Shown: positions 61,025 through 64,000 of the stretch, piece after piece
How positions within the stretch are numbered: the first letter of the stretch is position 1
Layout: each line of letters begins with the position of its first letter
From: a bacterium
GTDB taxonomy: Bacteria; UBA8248
DNA length: 64,000 nt
Assembly (NCBI GenBank): GCA_965203325.1
Contig: OZ241875.1
Coordinates: 3,744,001-3,808,000 of the forward strand
Direction: 5' to 3'
Translations under genes and position numbers: made by a program
The notes under the pieces: generated by a model
Told to the model about the DNA's origin: nothing
Databases searched by the model: none
The model's input: the letters and a program-made list of their open reading frames with translations, nothing else

Positions 61025-62095
61025 ATGGAATTTTCGTTGTTTTACATCCTGTATCGTCCCGAAGACATGACCGAGACCCAGGTCCATGAGGATATGATCA
61101 CGGAGAGCATACTGGCGGACGAGTTGGGCTACTCTTGCGTATGGTACGCCGAGCATCACTTCTCCCGCGTCGGGATGATCCCCGACCCCCTCCTCATCTG
61201 CGCCGCAGTCGCGCAGAAGACGAAAAAAATTCACCTGGGCACGGCCATTTCCATCATGTCGTTCCACGACCCCACCCGGCTGGCGGAGCAGGCCGCCATG
61301 GTCGATCTCTTAAGCGGCGGCAGGCTCGAACTGGGCATCGGGCGCGGCTCCCAGCCCAAGGAATTCCAGGGGTTCGGCGCCAAGCCGTCGGAAAGCCGCG
61401 AGCGCCTGAAAGAGGGGCTGCATATCCTCTCCCGCCTCCTGGAAGGACAGAAGGTGACGTATCAGGGCCGGCATCATCAGTGCGCGGACGTGGAAATCTT
61501 CCCCAAGCCCCTGCAAAAGCCCAGGCCCCCCATCTGGCTGGCGGGCACCAGCCCCGAAACCTACACTTACGCGGGCGAGAACGGCTTCAAGGTAATGGCG
61601 TCTGCGGGCTTCACGGGTCCGGAAGTCTACAAGCAGAAGTTCGGGCTGTATGAGGACGCCATCAGAAAATCGGGCGGCGACCCCGCCGGAATCGAGAGGC
61701 CTCTGGTTCACCATATCCACGTGTGCGACGCGGTGGATGCGGAGGAATACTTCAACCTCACGGTGGAGGGCGAGGGCGAGTACCTGCGCTACCGGGCGAA
61801 GATGAACGAGGTGGAAATGCCCGAGGAGGAGGCGAAGCACTTGAAGCGCAACTGGAGCTATGAGCTGGACGTCGCCGAGATCGTCAGGGGCGGCGGCATC
61901 ATCGCCGATCCGGAGGCCGTGGCGGAAGACATTTGCAGGCTGCGCGATGAGTACGGGGTCAATCATGTCATCCTCGCGCCCTGGCGCGGGCCGGACCACG
62001 CTTCGGTGATGCGCTCGATTGAGAGCTTCGCCAACGACGTCATGCCGCTGGTGAACGCGACCGCGCCCGTCGGCTCGAATGGAAGTCAGACTTGA
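61025..62095 (+). CDS. Luciferase-like (LLM class) flavin-dependent oxidoreductase
   Basis: AEHHF, PTRLAEQAAMVDLLSGGRLELGIGRG and PKPLQKPRPPIW motifs. Confidence 0.92.
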   Translation: MEFSLFYILYRPEDMTETQVHEDMITESILADELGYSCVWYAEHHFSRVGMIPDPLLICAAVAQKTKKIHLGTAISIMSFHDPTRLAEQAAMVDLLSGGRLELGIGRGSQPKEFQGFGAKPSESRERLKEGLHILSRLLEGQKVTYQGRHHQCADVEIFPKPLQKPRPPIWLAGTSPETYTYAGENGFKVMASAGFTGPEVYKQKFGLYEDAIRKSGGDPAGIERPLVHHIHVCDAVDAEEYFNLTVEGEGEYLRYRAKMNEVEMPEEEAKHLKRNWSYELDVAEIVRGGGIIADPEAVAEDICRLRDEYGVNHVILAPWRGPDHASVMRSIESFANDVMPLVNATAPVGSNGSQT

Positions 62096-62149
62096 AATCT
62101 TGATAGTTTCTTTATTGTCTCAAAATTCAGGAGGCGCTTTGTCGTGGGA

Positions 62150-63124
62150 ATGAGCTTTAGTCTTCATTTGGTGCCGGATGACATCCGGGTGGTGGCGGAG
62201 CGCTCGAAATACGCCGAGGACAACGGTTTCGAGCAGGTGTGGATAGCGGAGAGCCACCTCACCTGCCGGGATCACAACATCGCGCTCGCTCTGGCGATAG
62301 AGAACACCTCGCACGTGAAAATCGGCCCCGGCGTGACGAATCCGGTTCTCCATGACGACAGCGTTGCGGCGAGCGCCATCGCCACGCTCGACGAGCTTTC
62401 GGGCGGCCGCGTGATCTTCGGCATCGGCTCGGGCGATACGCCCGTCTACACGCTGGGCAAGAAGATGGCCAGGCTCGCCCGGATGCGCGAGTCCATCGCG
62501 GCGGTTCGCGCGTTCACGCGCGGCGAGACGGTGGAATACGCAGAAGGCGTGAACGTGAACATGTGGTGCGCGCGCGATATACCCATCTACACCTCCGCCG
62601 AAGGCCCCAGGACGCTCGCCATGTCGGCCGAAGTCGCGGAAGGCGTCATCGTGGGTTCGGGCGTCTACAAGGAGACGGTGGACTGGGTGATGAAGTATTT
62701 GAACGAGGGGATGGCGAACCGCGACCCCTCCCTCGGCGAGATGGACATTATTTTCGGCGCGGTCGTCTCGGTGGATACAGACAGCACGCGCGCGCGGGAG
62801 AAAGTGCGGGCGCGGGTGGCGAACCGCGCGCACCATAACTTCCGCATGACGCTCGACTCGGTCCCCGAGCCGTACAGGCCCGAAATCAAACACCTCCTGG
62901 ACAACTTCGACGTGAGCAACTGGCGCGACCCCAAGCACGTGCCCCTCATCACCGACTACATCCTGGACCGCTTCACCATCACGGGAACGCCCGAGGAGTG
63001 CGTCGACCGCATCCAGGAGATCGAGTCCTACGGGGTCAAGAGCATCATGATCGACCCCCCGAACCAGGATTTCGACGAATCTCTCAGAATGTTCACCGAA
63101 GAGGTTTTGCCCAGGTGCGTATGA
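62150..63124 (+). CDS. LLM class oxidoreductase, Mer-like (possibly F420-dependent)
   Basis: GPGVTNP, ATLDELSGGR..GIGSGD, GPRTL and GTPEEC motifs. Confidence 0.85.
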   Translation: MSFSLHLVPDDIRVVAERSKYAEDNGFEQVWIAESHLTCRDHNIALALAIENTSHVKIGPGVTNPVLHDDSVAASAIATLDELSGGRVIFGIGSGDTPVYTLGKKMARLARMRESIAAVRAFTRGETVEYAEGVNVNMWCARDIPIYTSAEGPRTLAMSAEVAEGVIVGSGVYKETVDWVMKYLNEGMANRDPSLGEMDIIFGAVVSVDTDSTRAREKVRARVANRAHHNFRMTLDSVPEPYRPEIKHLLDNFDVSNWRDPKHVPLITDYILDRFTITGTPEECVDRIQEIESYGVKSIMIDPPNQDFDESLRMFTEEVLPRCV

Positions 63125-63172
63125 CCGCATCCGGGGCGCAATCGACCGTCTTTTTCATATGAGGAACCCAAC

Positions 63173-63571
63173 ATGGCGCTGATACCCGAATCTCATGCCG
63201 GCATTCTCGACACCAAGGCCCTCCTGTATCTGGGCACACAGAACAAGGACGACTCACCGCAGGTCTCACCCGTGTGGTTCGGGACCAACGGCGACATCAT
63301 CGAGGTCAATTCGGCCAAGGGGCGTCTCAAGGACTTGAACATGCGCGCAAGGCCCAAGGTGTCCATCGCCATCGTCGACCCCGAAAACGCCTACAGGTGG
63401 GTGGGGATCCAGGGCACGGTGGTGGAGATCACCGAGAACGGGGCGGATGCGCACATCGACGCCCTGGCGAACAAGTATCTGGGCGTGGACAGCTATCCGA
63501 ACCGCCGGGAGGGCGAGGTGCGCGTGATCTACCGCATCCGGGCGGACAAGGTATTCACGATGGGCGCGTAG
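63173..63571 (+). CDS. PPOX class (split beta-barrel) putative F420-dependent oxidoreductase
   Basis: PQVSPVW, R.K..N....P.V, DPENAYR, HIDALANKYLG..YP and RVIYRI motifs. Confidence 0.85.
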   Translation: MALIPESHAGILDTKALLYLGTQNKDDSPQVSPVWFGTNGDIIEVNSAKGRLKDLNMRARPKVSIAIVDPENAYRWVGIQGTVVEITENGADAHIDALANKYLGVDSYPNRREGEVRVIYRIRADKVFTMGA

Positions 63572-63621
63572 TAAGCCGCCCGGCGCACACGATTTTCATG
63601 AACGGGATGGAGACCTGAAAG

Positions 63622-64000
63622 ATGAAATTCTCGCTTTTCTATATCCCTGCCTGCCAGGAGGGAGAATCCTACAAGCACGAGTTCGATCAGCTGATCGAAC
63701 AATGCGAAGTGGCCGACGGACTCGGCTACGACACCGTGTTCCTGGCCGAGCACCACTTCTCCCGCGTGGGCATGTGCCCCGACGCCCTGATGGTCGCACT
63801 CGCCATCGCGCAAAGAACCAGGAAGATCAGGATCGGCACCGCCATCTGCATCATGCCCTTCCACAATCCGGTGCGTCTGGCCGAACAGGCCGCCCTTGTC
63901 GACGTGCTGAGCGGCGGCCGTTTGGAGTTGGGCGTCGGTCGCGGCTCCCAGCCCAAGGAGTTCCAGGGCTTCAACGTCTCCCCATCCGAGAGCAGGGAGA
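63622..64000 (+). CDS. LLM class oxidoreductase (partial, runs off window), paralog of 61025
   Basis: Translated by hand: MKFSLFYIP...AEHHFSRVGM...PVRLAEQAALVDVLSGGRLELGVGRGSQPKEFQGF. Confidence 0.88.
   Translation, partial: MKFSLFYIPACQEGESYKHEFDQLIEQCEVADGLGYDTVFLAEHHFSRVGMCPDALMVALAIAQRTRKIRIGTAICIMPFHNPVRLAEQAALVDVLSGGRLELGVGRGSQPKEFQGFNVSPSESRE

Overview
A GC-rich, gene-dense bacterial chromosome segment with no CRISPR array, integrase or transposase. The first 33 kb is mostly housekeeping and transport. It holds an SLT-like lipoprotein, a DUF3047 protein, a TPR-like protein, a FadF/HdrD-type Fe-S membrane protein, a stand-alone B12-binding mutase subunit, a diheme cytochrome c lipoprotein, a dpp-type ABC transporter, dacB, recJ, moaDE, a liv-type ABC system with three tandem binding-protein paralogs, trpFBA-leuCDB-asd-mtnP-hemL-ftsB and tRNA-fMet. 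The last 31 kb is a catabolic cluster of amidases, Gfo/Idh/MocA and beta-hydroxyacid dehydrogenases, a BisC-type molybdoenzyme, cupins, a Rieske protein, LLM enzymes and a PPOX-class enzyme. Five observations stand out. (1) Two consecutive in-frame ORFs at 9120-9668 form one peroxiredoxin-like selenoprotein with a UxxC motif and a SECIS-like hairpin. (2) An 'amidohydrolase' at 51278 resembles AibH2/PtmU3-type dinuclear oxygenases; a Rieske ferredoxin lies nearby and a dialkylglycine-decarboxylase-like enzyme lies in the same cluster. (3) A single-chain triple-RidA protein lacks the catalytic Arg and is coupled to the molybdoenzyme. (4) MoaD has a masked GG-CA C-terminus. (5) Four GTAG-type REP palindromes show compensatory base changes. 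All family calls come from motif recognition by eye; no database search was run.
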